Assembly (NCBI GenBank): GCA_964016885.1 | Contig: OZ024742.1 | Location: 365,056,001 to 365,120,000 of the forward strand | Length of the DNA stretch: 64,000 nt | Source of the DNA: Eledone cirrhosa | Lineage: Eukaryota | Direction: 5' to 3' | In this document: piece by piece, positions 13,777 to 24,300 of the stretch | Numbering within the stretch: position 1 is the stretch's first letter | How the letters are laid out: each line of letters starts with the position of its first letter | The notes under the pieces: generated by a model | Database searches by the model: none | Seen by the model: the letters and a program-made list of their open reading frames with translations, nothing else | What the model was told of the DNA's origin: nothing | Program-made: the position numbers and the translations under genes

Positions 13777-14278
13777 GCTTTCTTTATTAACCACAAGGGT
13801 TTACACAAAGTAGACATTAAGGACAGTACAGGACAATACAGGACGGTACAAATAGGCATTTCTGCGTGTAAAAAAAACAAAAAAAAACAATAATAATACA
13901 ACAATGAAAAATTCCCCATTAGGTGGGAGACTTCCAAGAGCCATCGTGGAGAAAGCCCATTAATAAAAGCCACGCTGACCCTGACTACCACGGCAATTGT
14001 CCTCTCCCAGTTTCCACCTTCAATTTACAGGCATATACTCAGAGTAGGTCCACTCACTCGGGCCATTCTCGCCTCTCTCACCCATCTTTCAACAAAAAGC
14101 TGGGAAGAGAGCACCTCCCTCTCTACCCTGATTTTCTTTTTCAAATGAAATTGGAAAAGGTTAATCAGGGCATCACCGAAGAGGTAAGTGCTCGACTTCA
14201 GTCTTTCAGACGTGTTCACCATACTATCTCTTTCGCCATGGCCACCAGACAGATAAAAACTGCCTGCCCATCCCGGCT
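13775..14278 (-). mobile_element. 5'-truncated 3' fragment of Tx1 family A
   Basis: Closely matches 5991-6497, including the 3' terminus gtggttaataaagaaagcatt(att)n. Confidence 0.93.
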
Positions 14279-14499
14279 CACGCTCACAATTCTGATATAT
14301 CTATTACACAAAAGAATGGGTGCTGGAAATGTTGTCAATAAAATACTGATCTAGTAGATAAACATATTGACTGCTGCACAATAGTGAATGTTTGTTCACT
14401 ACCAATAAACTTAAAACTAGGTTCACCTAACTACGTTAATGTAGGTTACAGGGAATATTTATAATTAAAACAGTGGAGTATTGTGATAGAAAGAATATC

Positions 14500-15060
14500 A
14501 TGATGACGACATTGACAATAATGAGGAAACTAATGTCGACGGGAATGATGATGAAACCGATGATGATGATGATGATGGTGATGATCATGACGGTGATGAT
14601 GATGATTATGGTGATGATGATGCTGATGATGATGATGCTGATGAAGATGGTGATGTTGATGATGATGGTGATGATAATGAATATGATAATGACGATGATG
14701 ATGCTGATGATGATGGTGATGGTGATGATGATGGTGATGATGATGGTGATGATGATGAATATGATGATGACGATGATGATGGTGATGATGATGGTGATGA
14801 TGATGATGGTGAAGGTGATGATGAATATGATGATGACGATGATGATGGTGATGATGTTGATGATAATGAAGCGGATAGTGATGTTGATGATGATGGTATT
14901 GGTGATGATGATGATGATGGTGATGATGAAGCGGGTGATGAAGCGGATGATGATGGCGATGGTGATGATGGTGAGGATGAGGTTGAAGCGGATGCTGATG
15001 ATGATATCTATGATAAGGAATAGGAAAGAGATGGAGGTAGAGACGATGTCAATGACAATA
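14500..15060. repeat. Degenerate (GAT)n microsatellite
   Basis: Direct inspection; explains the poly-Met ORF. Confidence 0.95.
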
Positions 15061-15122
15061 TGATAAATATGTCTTGTTATATTTCACGAGATCTGACATG
15101 GAGTTAAGGATGATGACAATAA

Positions 15123-15193
<71 letters not shown>

Positions 15194-15960
15194 GTTGCTA
15201 CCATTGTTATTATTCTAGTTATATTTGTAGTTGGCGTCTTTTTGTTTGTTTTAACAATTGTTGTTGTTGGTATAGTTGACGTAATAGTAGTAATAGTAGT
15301 AGTAGAGTTGTTGATGATCTTCTTCTTCTTCTCCTCCTTCTTCTTCTTCTTCTTCTTCTTCTTCTTCTTCTTCTTCTCCTCCTTCTCCTCTTTCGCCCCC
15401 CCCCCCCCCCCACCTCCTCTACTATTGTCAACCAATGACATGTCTTAATGCCAACAGCAGAAAGACAAAAAACGTAAATAGATAACAAATATGCCAAAAG
15501 AAATAAAATTATCGTTCAACATAATAATTTTTATTATGTGTATATATATATATATATATATATACATGTGTGTGTGTGTGTGAGGGTGAGGGGTGCATTT
15601 GTGTGCGTAAATTGCATGAGTCACATTCATAGATGTGTATATTTATATATAGACATTGTATTTATATATAGACGTATATATATAGAGATAGATATGTTTC
15701 TTTTATTTGCCACCAGGGCATCAAAAGTGGGACAAGTACAATGGGGGGAGTTTACAAAACAAGGCGTCCTCAATAAGGAGGAGGCAATAACAATATATAA
15801 AAATAAAATAAAATATAACAAAAAATAAAATTTATAACAAAGTCCTCAATAGAGAGGAGGCGCCTTGGGGGGTCGCACACACCCCCGAAAAAAAAGTGTG
15901 CAACCCTTTTCCTCAGGAGCACAGAGAAGGGGTGCTCCCTTGGTCTTTCATCTTCCTCAC

Positions 15961-18900
15961 CTATAGTCTGATGTAGAGTGAAGGCCTATTCACACGGGCC
16001 ATTCTCGCCACTTTCACCAATCTTTCATAAAAACGGCTGGGGTGGAGCACCTCTCTCTCCATCCTGATCCTTCTTCCGAAATGATATCGGAAGAAACGGA
16101 CCAGTTGTTGGCCAGAGAGAAAGGTGTCTGACCTCAGTCCTTTCAGACGCGTCCACCATACAACCTCTTTCGCCATGGCTATTACGCACAGAAACACCGC
16201 CTCTTCTTCGAGGGGAGGCGGCTTTATCGTTACAATAGACTCGGTGGTCAACCGGATCGGTCCCACCATTGACAGCAGTTGTTCGACATAGCCCCACAGA
16301 TCGGCAATGCCCGAGCAGTGTACCAATGCGTGTGCAACGGTTTCCTCGTCGCACACGCATCTGGGACAGATCTTTTTCGAATGGTCTCTACCCGGGCGCC
16401 CGTGTCTGTAGAGCCCTTCTCGAACGGGCAGAGCCCTTCTGTAGCATTGCCAGGCCAGGGACCTCTGGAAGTTATCCATGGGTCCCGGGCTGAATGTCCT
16501 ACCGAACAGGTTGGCCAGTTCGTCTTCCTCCATGCCTAGGGCTTCTCCGAGGGCGTCGTCGCACCTGCTAACCACCAGCCCTCTATAGAATGACGAGGTG
16601 GATTCTCCAATGACAGCCGGATCCGCCTGCCAGAGAGCCGTGAGCGCCTGGGCACACTCAGTGTGCCAGGCGCCCAGTTTTCTCGGTCTTTGCTTGACCC
16701 AGGATTGCAGCTCGGTCAGTGAGACGAGTCTGGGAAAGGCTCGCCTCACAAACGGGGCCCACACCGGTTGACCGGAGAGGAATACCTGAAGGTGCCGTAG
16801 CCTTAATGCGTGTTTACGTATCATTAGCCACGGCATCCCCAGCCCTCCTTTCGAAGGGTGTTGACAGCAGATGGATCTCCTCACCATAGGAGCCCGCTTC
16901 TTCCAAGGGAATTGGAAGAGTGCGCGCTCCATTTTGGCGAACGTTTCCCTTGGGCAAGGCACAACGGTCAGGCGGTAGTAGATGACGGACGCTATATAAG
17001 TGTTCGCCACCTCCGCCCGACCTTTCAGGGACAGTTTGCACTCGGCCCACTTCTGGGTCAGTGCAAACACCCTGTTCGTTACCTCACCCCAGTTCTTCTC
17101 CACCTGGAGATCTGGTCCGAACCAGACCCCGAGCAACTTCACCGGACCCTCCGTCCAGCGCCCGACGACGCCATCGGAGGGCATCGATCTGCCCCTCCAC
17201 GTGCCGAGTTGCAGACCGATCGACATGTCCCGGTTCAGCTTAGCCCCTGTAAACCTTTCGTACTCTTCCAGTAAGGTGCCGATTGCCCCGATTTCCGAGG
17301 CCGTCGACACCATTACTGTTACGTCATCGGCGTAGGCTGACACCGCTTTCCGCAATCCCGGTTCCAACGGGATGCCCTGCAACAACTCCAACCTCCGCAT
17401 CAGTGGCTCTAGAGTCACTACATACAGAAGGGAGGAGAGAGGGCACCCCTGTCGGATGGACCGCGCGATTTCGAACGGCTCCGAGAGGTAGCCGTTCACC
17501 TTGACCCTAGAGCAGATGCGGCTGCTGTGCATGGCATTGATCCAGCCCCTGAAAACGGGTCCGAAGCCTGCCGCCGCTAGCACCGCATCCAGGTAACCAT
17601 GGTCGACCCTATCGAATGCCTTAGATTGATCCAAGTTGATCAGGGCCCCACCAAAGCCGGGTTCGTTCCCAACCCTCTCTATGATGTATCGCATGAGGTG
17701 GAGGTTGTCGTGGATGGACCTGGACGGGATAGCACATGTCTGCGCATCTCCCACCAGGTTGCCCACGACAAGCGCCAACCTCTTTGCTAGCACCTTGGCC
17801 AAAATCTGTAACTCTGTATTTAGCAGAGTTATGGGCCTGAAATTATTTATATCGTCCCCCTTGTTCTCGTCCTTCCTCACTAGCGTGACTACGCCCTTGG
17901 TCACAGCACAGGGAATTCTCCCGTTCTGTTGCCAGTTGCAGTAGACCGCCTCGAGGAGATCGGGGTACAAGTCCGGCATAGCTAGATATAGTTCGTATGG
18001 AAGACCATCGAGACCCGAGGATTTGCGTTTGCCGCATTGGCTCAGCACCTCCTCTATCTCAGCGGCTGAAATCGGCTCCTCGCAGGACTTCGCCTCCCTG
18101 TCTGAAAGACGCGGTAGGCCGTCGAGGTATGGACCGAAGTCCACATCCCCAACCGGCCCCCCGCCCCTTCCGAACAATCCGGCAAAGTGCTTTTGAAAAG
18201 CCTCGCACATCTGCTTAGGTTCAAGGATCACTCGTCCATCCTGGTCTCGCAAAGACCGGATAGTGGATCTGCTCCCTCTTTTGGCATCTGTCATGCGCGC
18301 CCAGCTAACAGCTTTGGTCCCCTCGTTTCCCAGAGCACGTATTTTGCTTCGGACGATGCAGCCTTCGTGTTTCGCGTCGAAGAACTGGCCCAGGGCCGTT
18401 CTCGACGCTAGCACTCTGGCCACGTCGCCGCTTCTAATCGCCTCTTCTACACTATCTACCAACTCCCTTTCCTTCTTATTTCTATTTGAGGCTAACTCCT
18501 TACTAAATTCTATAGAGACTACTCTAATCTCTCTTTTGAGAGATCCCCACCACCTGCTGTTGACTATGGCGCCCGTCAACCGCTCCTTAACTAAAGTGCT
18601 AATCCGGTCCCTGTAAGCCTTACTTGCCGGTAAGGACAAGTTGAGCTTCCAGTAACCGGGTCCCTGTCTATGAGTTCTGTCAAGGTTGACCATGCAGGTC
18701 ACTAACTTGTGGTCAGAATAGCCAACCATGCGCATTTTTGGACAACATGAAAAGTCCTTATCCTTAATTCTGACTAAGAACCTATCTAGGTACGACCTAG
18801 ATGATCCGCTACGATTTGCCCAAGTCCAGGTTGGCGCAGTCGGAAAATCTAGTCGAAATCTATCGGCCAGGTCAAATCGACCGATTAACCCTTTGAAGCT

Positions 18901-19389
18901 ATTACAACCCTCTCTATCGGGACAGGCCCCTACGTAGTCCCAGCGTGCATCTAGGATACCATTCCAGTCCCCCACTAATAGCAAGGAGCGGGACGTCCCT
19001 AGAAAAGTCTCCGGACGATGGAACAAGTCCGGCCGCATTGACCCGAAAGGGCCGTAGGCGGCTACCAACCTAAACGCTCCGCCTTTACCACTGCCGAGGT
19101 CCAGAACCACTAGTCGACCCTCCGGGTCCAAATGTACCATCTGTGTTGCGAGACCCAGATGTTTTTGCAGCAGAACGACAACCCCACCCCCACCTCCGGG
19201 CTGACAGAGAGATGCGTGCATCTCAAAGTCATCAAAGGTGGGGGCCAGCTGTCGCACGTTGCTGATCCGGGCCTCGCAAATAACCATCACATCTATACGT
19301 TGTGACCTGAGGTCATTTAGAAGCATTACTTGCTTCCAAGTTGAGCCCAGGCCACGCGCATTTAAACAGCCTACTCTTAGCATAGCCAT
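15961..19389 (-). CDS. Tx1-like ORF2: APE endonuclease, reverse transcriptase, C-terminal Zn finger (uninterrupted, ~1142 aa from ATG)
   Basis: CLNARGL, VGDWNGILD, YLDR, SDHK, FRPITLLN, DQSKAFDRVDH, IRQGCPLS, YADD, CPRC..ETVAHALVHC. Confidence 0.93.
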   Translation of the reverse strand: MAMLRVGCLNARGLGSTWKQVMLLNDLRSQRIDVMVICEARISNVRQLAPTFDDFEMHASLCQPGGGGGVVVLLQKHLGLATQMVHLDPEGRLVVLDLGSGKGGAFRLVAAYGPFGSMRPDLFHRPETFLGTSRSLLLVGDWNGILDARWDYVGACPDREGCNSFKGLIGRFDLADRFRLDFPTAPTWTWANRSGSSRSYLDRFLVRIKDKDFSCCPKMRMVGYSDHKLVTCMVNLDRTHRQGPGYWKLNLSLPASKAYRDRISTLVKERLTGAIVNSRWWGSLKREIRVVSIEFSKELASNRNKKERELVDSVEEAIRSGDVARVLASRTALGQFFDAKHEGCIVRSKIRALGNEGTKAVSWARMTDAKRGSRSTIRSLRDQDGRVILEPKQMCEAFQKHFAGLFGRGGGPVGDVDFGPYLDGLPRLSDREAKSCEEPISAAEIEEVLSQCGKRKSSGLDGLPYELYLAMPDLYPDLLEAVYCNWQQNGRIPCAVTKGVVTLVRKDENKGDDINNFRPITLLNTELQILAKVLAKRLALVVGNLVGDAQTCAIPSRSIHDNLHLMRYIIERVGNEPGFGGALINLDQSKAFDRVDHGYLDAVLAAAGFGPVFRGWINAMHSSRICSRVKVNGYLSEPFEIARSIRQGCPLSSLLYVVTLEPLMRRLELLQGIPLEPGLRKAVSAYADDVTVMVSTASEIGAIGTLLEEYERFTGAKLNRDMSIGLQLGTWRGRSMPSDGVVGRWTEGPVKLLGVWFGPDLQVEKNWGEVTNRVFALTQKWAECKLSLKGRAEVANTYIASVIYYRLTVVPCPRETFAKMERALFQFPWKKRAPMVRRSICCQHPSKGGLGMPWLMIRKHALRLRHLQVFLSGQPVWAPFVRRAFPRLVSLTELQSWVKQRPRKLGAWHTECAQALTALWQADPAVIGESTSSFYRGLVVSRCDDALGEALGMEEDELANLFGRTFSPGPMDNFQRSLAWQCYRRALPVREGLYRHGRPGRDHSKKICPRCVCDEETVAHALVHCSGIADLWGYVEQLLSMVGPIRLTTESIVTIKPPPLEEEAVFLCVIAMAKEVVWWTRLKGLRSDTFLSGQQLVRFFRYHFGRRIRMEREVLHPSRFYERLVKVARMARVNRPSLYIRL

Positions 19390-19413
19390 GTTGGTGGTGA
19401 AGAGAAAAGGCAC

Positions 19414-20660
19414 TTACCTCTCTGCGTCCCGGGTATCGGGCTGCACAATTTCCATTAGGGTGGGGGATGGGTTGTTGGGTGGGGTGGTGGTTTGTGGAAG
19501 TGTAGGGGCATCAGTGTGTTGTGTGGTTGGGGAGTTTGGAGTTCTGTGGTTGTTTGGGGAGAGGGTGGGGTAGTTTTTTAGGAGGACGCGGTTAATGGGC
19601 CCGACGCAGGGGGGACCCACGTCCTCTTTAAAGTTTTTTTTAAAAGTTTTATAGGTGTCCTGTGGGGCCTTAATCATTTTGAGGTGGGGGAAATCCCCTG
19701 CCTGGGTGAAGTTAGGCCCTTGGGTTTTTATTAGATTGTTGTTGTACACAATGTTGAACAGTTGTTTGTTTCTCGTGTTTATGTATGTGTATGCATGTTT
19801 TTGTTTTTGTGTGGTGTTTTTTGTTTGCTGTTGTTGTGAGCTCTTTTGTGTTGGTGTCAGTGTTATGTTTTGGGGAGGGGTTGTTTTCATTTTTGTGTCT
19901 GGGGTGTGTTTTCTTTTTTTTCTTTTGATTGTGTGGAAGTGCTCCTCCTCGTCTGACGACGAACTAGGGTCATCTTCCGCGTTAGAGGGGAGGGGTATAT
20001 TTTCGGATTGTGTTTGCGGTGCGGGTGTTTTGGAAATTGTTTTTGTTTTTTCAGTGGGGGGATGGGTTGGACATTGTTTTGTTTTGGTTTGAGCTGTGGT
20101 GGTTGTTTTTGTAGTGGTAGTTGTGGTGATTGTGTTGGTTGTGCAGTTGTTGGTGGTGTAGGCAGGATTGGGGTTTTCTTATTAAGTTGGGGACAGACAG
20201 CCCTCAGGTGACCTCTGGTTCCGCAGAGGTAACACGAGGGCCTCCTACCCTCAACGGTAATGTTGATGAAAGTTTGATCATCCAGTATGACGCGTTCAGC
20301 GATCTGGGCGATCCTTTCGGGCCTCATTTGAACTACAAGTTCGAGGCTCGTTCCACTGAACGCGTCACCCGATGCCTTTCCCATGGACACCAGCGTGTCA
20401 TCATCCAGGTCCAAGAAACCTGTCAAAACCCACGATATGTCCATAATCGGCGGCAGGATGGTGTGGATTTTTATTTGTTGTGTTCTTCTACCCATGTACG
20501 TAGGGTAGAAGTTGTATGCGGTGGATGTGATTGGTTTGATGGACAGTTTCACTGCTGAGTCCCTGTCCTTCATGAGAATGGATAGACTCCCGTAGAGTCT
20601 ATCCTTCTGAATGAAGGTGATGTCCTTCATGACGTCTTTTAAAACCAGCTCTATCTCTCT
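19414..20660 (-). pseudogene. Family B ORF1 (CCHC knuckle), 5'-truncated and frameshifted
   Basis: ORFs 19887..20630 and 19414..19890; VEGRRPSCYLCGTRGHLRAVC is homologous to family A ORF1. Confidence 0.8.
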
Positions 20661-20677
20661 ATCTCACTATATAGATG

Positions 20678-20730
<53 letters not shown>

Positions 20731-20734
<4 letters not shown>

Positions 20735-20897
20735 GAACAGGTATGACTCCGACGGCAGAGATCAGAAATAGACGTCGAAACGGCTTCAGATCTGCCGTTG
20801 GGGTCATACTTGTTCCTATTTCCCACTCTACTACCCTAAGTATTGAGTACTTTGGTGCGTTATGGTCCATCTGGTTCCTTACCACAATTCCTTCGTT
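20731..20897 (+). mobile_element. Short fold-back PLE-type element (family C) with the 3' half of an HHR
   Basis: Imperfect hairpin 20731-20819 plus a tail shared with the 20916, 61144 and 61775 copies; ends in (TA)n. Confidence 0.7.
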
Positions 20898-20915
20898 ATA
20901 TATATATATATATAT

Positions 20916-21106
20916 ATAGGAACTAGTAAGACCCCGACAGCTGAGCTCAAGCCGTTTCGACGGCTAATTCTGGACTCATTAGCCGTCGAAACGGCTTGAG
21001 CTCAGCTGTCGGGGTCTTACTAGTTCCTATTACCCACTCTACTACCTCAAGTATTGAGTACTTTGGTGCGTTATGGTCCACCTGGTTCCTTACCACATTT
21101 CCTTCG

Positions 21107-21108
<2 letters not shown>
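20916..21108 (+). mobile_element. Short fold-back PLE-type element (family C)
   Basis: Perfect 53-bp arms 20916-20968 and 20978-21030; GAAA-cggcttgagctcagctg-TC; ~80-bp tail; (TA)n on both sides. Confidence 0.8.
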
Positions 21109-21142
<34 letters not shown>

Positions 21143-21390
21143 GTGGTGATGGTGATGGTGGTGGTGGTGGTAGTGGTGGCGGTGGTGGTGGTGGTGGTTG
21201 TGGTTGCGGTGATGGTAGTGGTGGTGGAGGTGGTGGTAGTGGTGGTGGAGTTGGTGGTGGTGAATTTTATTGGTGGTGGTGATGGTGTTGGTAGTGGTTA
21301 GTGGTAGTGGTGATGGTAGTGGTTTTGGTGGTGGTGGTGGTGGTAGTAGCGGTGGTGGTTGTGATGGTGGTGGTGGGTTGTTGTTGTTGG

Positions 21391-24300
21391 TGGTAGTTGG
21401 GTGTTGTTATTAGAGGTGGTGTTGGTGTCGGTGTTAGTTGGGTGTTGTTATTAGAGGTGGTGTTGGTGTTGGTGGTAGTTGGGTGTTGTTATTAGAGGTG
21501 GTGTTGGTGTCGGTGGTAGTTGGGTGTTGTTATTAGAGGTGGTGTTGGTGTTGGTGGTAGTTGGGTGTTGTTATTAGAGGTGGTGTTGGTGTTGGTGGTA
21601 GTTGGGTGTTGTTATTAGAGGTGGTGTTGGTGTTAGTGGTAGTTGGGTGTTGTTATTAGAGGTGGTGTTGGTGGTAGTTGGGTGATGTTATTAGAGGTGG
21701 TGTTGGTGTTAGTGGTAGTTGGGTGTTGTTATTAGAGGTGGTGTCGGTGTTAGTTGGGTGTTGTTATTAGAGGCGGTGTTGGTGTTGGTGGTAGTTGGGT
21801 GTTGTTATTAGAGGCGGTGTTGGTGTTGGTGGTAGTTGGGTGATGTTATTAGAGGTGGTGTTGGTGTTAGTGGTAGTTGGGTGTTGTTATTAGAGGCGGT
21901 GTTGGTGTTGGTGGTAGTTGGGTGTTGTTATTAGAGGTGGTGTTGGTGTTAGTGGTAGTTGGGTGTTGTTATTAGAGGTGGTGTTGGTGTTAGTGGTAGT
22001 TGGGTGTTGTTATTAGAGGTGGTGTTGGTGTTAGTGGTAGTTGGGTGTTGTTATTAGAGGTGGTGTTGGTGTTAGTGGTAGTTGGGTGATGTTATTAGAG
22101 GTGGTGTTGGTGTTAGTGGTAGTTGGGTGATGTTATTAGAGGTGGTGTTGGTGTTGGTGGTAGTTGGGTGTTGTTATTAGAGGCGGTGTTGGTGTTGGTG
22201 GTAGTTGGGTGTTGTTATTAGAGGTGGTGTTGGTGTTAGTGGTAGTTGGGTGTTGTTATTAGAGGTGGTGTTGGTGTTAGTGGTAGTTGGGTGTTGTTAT
22301 TAGAGGTGGTGTTGGTGTTAGTGGTAGTTGGGTGATGTTATTAGAGGTGGTGTTGGTGTTAGTGGTAGTTGGGTGTTGTTATTAGAGGTGGTGTTGGTGT
22401 TAGTGGTAGTTGGGTGTTGTTATTAGAGGTGGTGTTGGTGTTAGTGGTAGTTGGGTGATGTTATTAGAGGTGGTGTTGGTGTTGGTGGTAGTTGGGTGTT
22501 GTTATTAGAGGCGGTGTTGGTGTTGGTGGTAGTTGGGTGTTGTTATTAGAGGTGGTGTTGGTGTTAGTGGTAGTTGGGTGATGTTATTAGAGGTGGTGTT
22601 GGTGTTGGTGGTAGTTGGGTGTTGTTATTAGAGGCGGTGTTGGTTTGGTGGTAGTTGGGTGTTGTTATTAGAGGTGGTGTTGGTGTTAGTGGTAGTTGGG
22701 TGATGTTATTAGAGGTGGTGTTGGTGTTAGTGGTAGTTGGGTGTTGTTATTAGAGGTGGTGTCGGTGTTAGTTGGGTGTTGTTATTAGAGGTGGTGTTGG
22801 TGTTGGTGTTGGTGGTAGTTGGGTGTTGTTATTAGAGGCGGTGTTGGTGTTGGTGGTAGTTGGGTGTTGTTATTAGAGGCGGTATTGGTGTTGGTGGTAG
22901 TTGGGTGTTGTTATTAGAGGCGGTGTTGGTGTTGGTGGTAGTTGGGTGATGTTATTAGAGGTGGTGTTGGTGTTAGTGGTAGTTGGGTGTTGTTATTAGA
23001 GGCGGTGTTGGTGTTGGTGGTAGTTGGGTGTTGTTATTAGAGGTGGTGTTGGTGTTAGTGGTAGTTGGGTGTTGTTATTAGAGGTGGTGTTGGTGTTAGT
23101 GGTAGTTGGGTGTTGTTATTAGAGGTGGTGTTGGTGTTAGTGGTAGTTGGGTGTTGTTATTAGAGGTGGTGTTGGTGTTAGTGGTAGTTGGGTGTTGTTA
23201 TTAGAAGTGGTGTTGGTGTCGGTGGTAGTTGGGTGTTGTTATTAGAGGTGGTGTTGGTGGTAGTTGGGTGTTGTTATTAGAGGTGGTGTTGGTGTCGGTG
23301 GTAGTTGGGTGTTGTTATTAGAGGCGGTGTTGGTGTTAGTGGTAGTTGGGTGTTGTTATTAGAGGTGGTGTTGGTGTTGGTGGTAGTTGGGTGTTGTTAT
23401 TAGAGGCGGTGTTGGTGTTAGTGGTAGTTGGGTGTTGTTATTAGAGGTGGTGTCGGTGGTAGTTGGGTGTTGTTATTAGAGGTGGTGTTGGTGTTGGTGG
23501 TAGTTGGGTGTTATTATTAGAGGTGGTGTTGGTGGTAGTTGGGTGTTGTTATTAGAGGTGGTGTTGGTGGTAGTTGGGTGTTGTTATTAGAGGTGGTGTT
23601 GGTGGTAGTTGGGTGTTGTTATTAGAGGCGGTGTTGGTGTTAGTGGTAGTTGGGTGTTGTTATTAGAGGTGGTGTTGGTGTTAGTGGTAGTTGGGTGTTG
23701 TTATTAGAGGTGGTGTTGGTGGTAGTTGGGTGTTGTTATTAGAGGTGGTGTTGGTGGTAGTTGGGTGTTGTTATTAGAGGCGGTGTTGGTGTTAGTGGTA
23801 GTTGGGTGTTGTTATTAGAGGTGGTGTTGGTGTTAGTGGTAGTTGGGTGTTGTTATTAGAGGTGGTGTTGGTGGTAGTTGGGTGTTGTTATTAGAGGTGG
23901 TGTTGGTGGTAGTTGGGTGTTGTTATTAGAGGTGGTGTTGGTGTTGGTGGTAGTTGGGTGTTGTTATTAGAGGCGGTGTTGGTGGTAGTTGGGTGTTGTT
24001 ATTAGAGGTGGTGTTGGTGGTAGTTGGGTGTTGTTATTAGAGGTGGTGTTGGTGGTAGTTGGGTGTTGTTATTAGAGGCGGTGTTGGTGGTAGTTGGGTG
24101 TTGTTATTAGAGGTGGTGTTGGTGGTAGTTGGGTGTTGTTATTAGAGGCGGTGTTGGTGTTAGTGGTAGTTGGGTGTTGTTATTAGAGGCGGTGTTGGTG
24201 TTGGTGGTAGTTGGGTGTTGTTATTAGAAGTGGTGTTGGTGTCGGTGTTAGTTGGGTGTTGTTATTAGAGGTGGTGTTGGTGTCGGTGGTAGTTGGGTGT

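Larger units (their letters stand above)
15694..20667 (-). mobile_element. L1/Tx1-clade LINE (family B), 5'-truncated within ORF1, in a (TAGA)n/(TATC)n tract
   Basis: ORF1 knuckle CYLCGTRGHLRAVC; intact ORF2; 3' end aataaaagaaacat-atctatct; (TAGA)n at 20672-20733. Confidence 0.95.

Noticed and set aside
14473-15828. Poly-Met, poly-Lys and (YI)n ORFs
   Set aside because: Microsatellite translations
16025-18937. Many short overlapping or antisense ORFs within the LINE
   Set aside because: Expected shadows of GC-rich ORF2; no independent motifs
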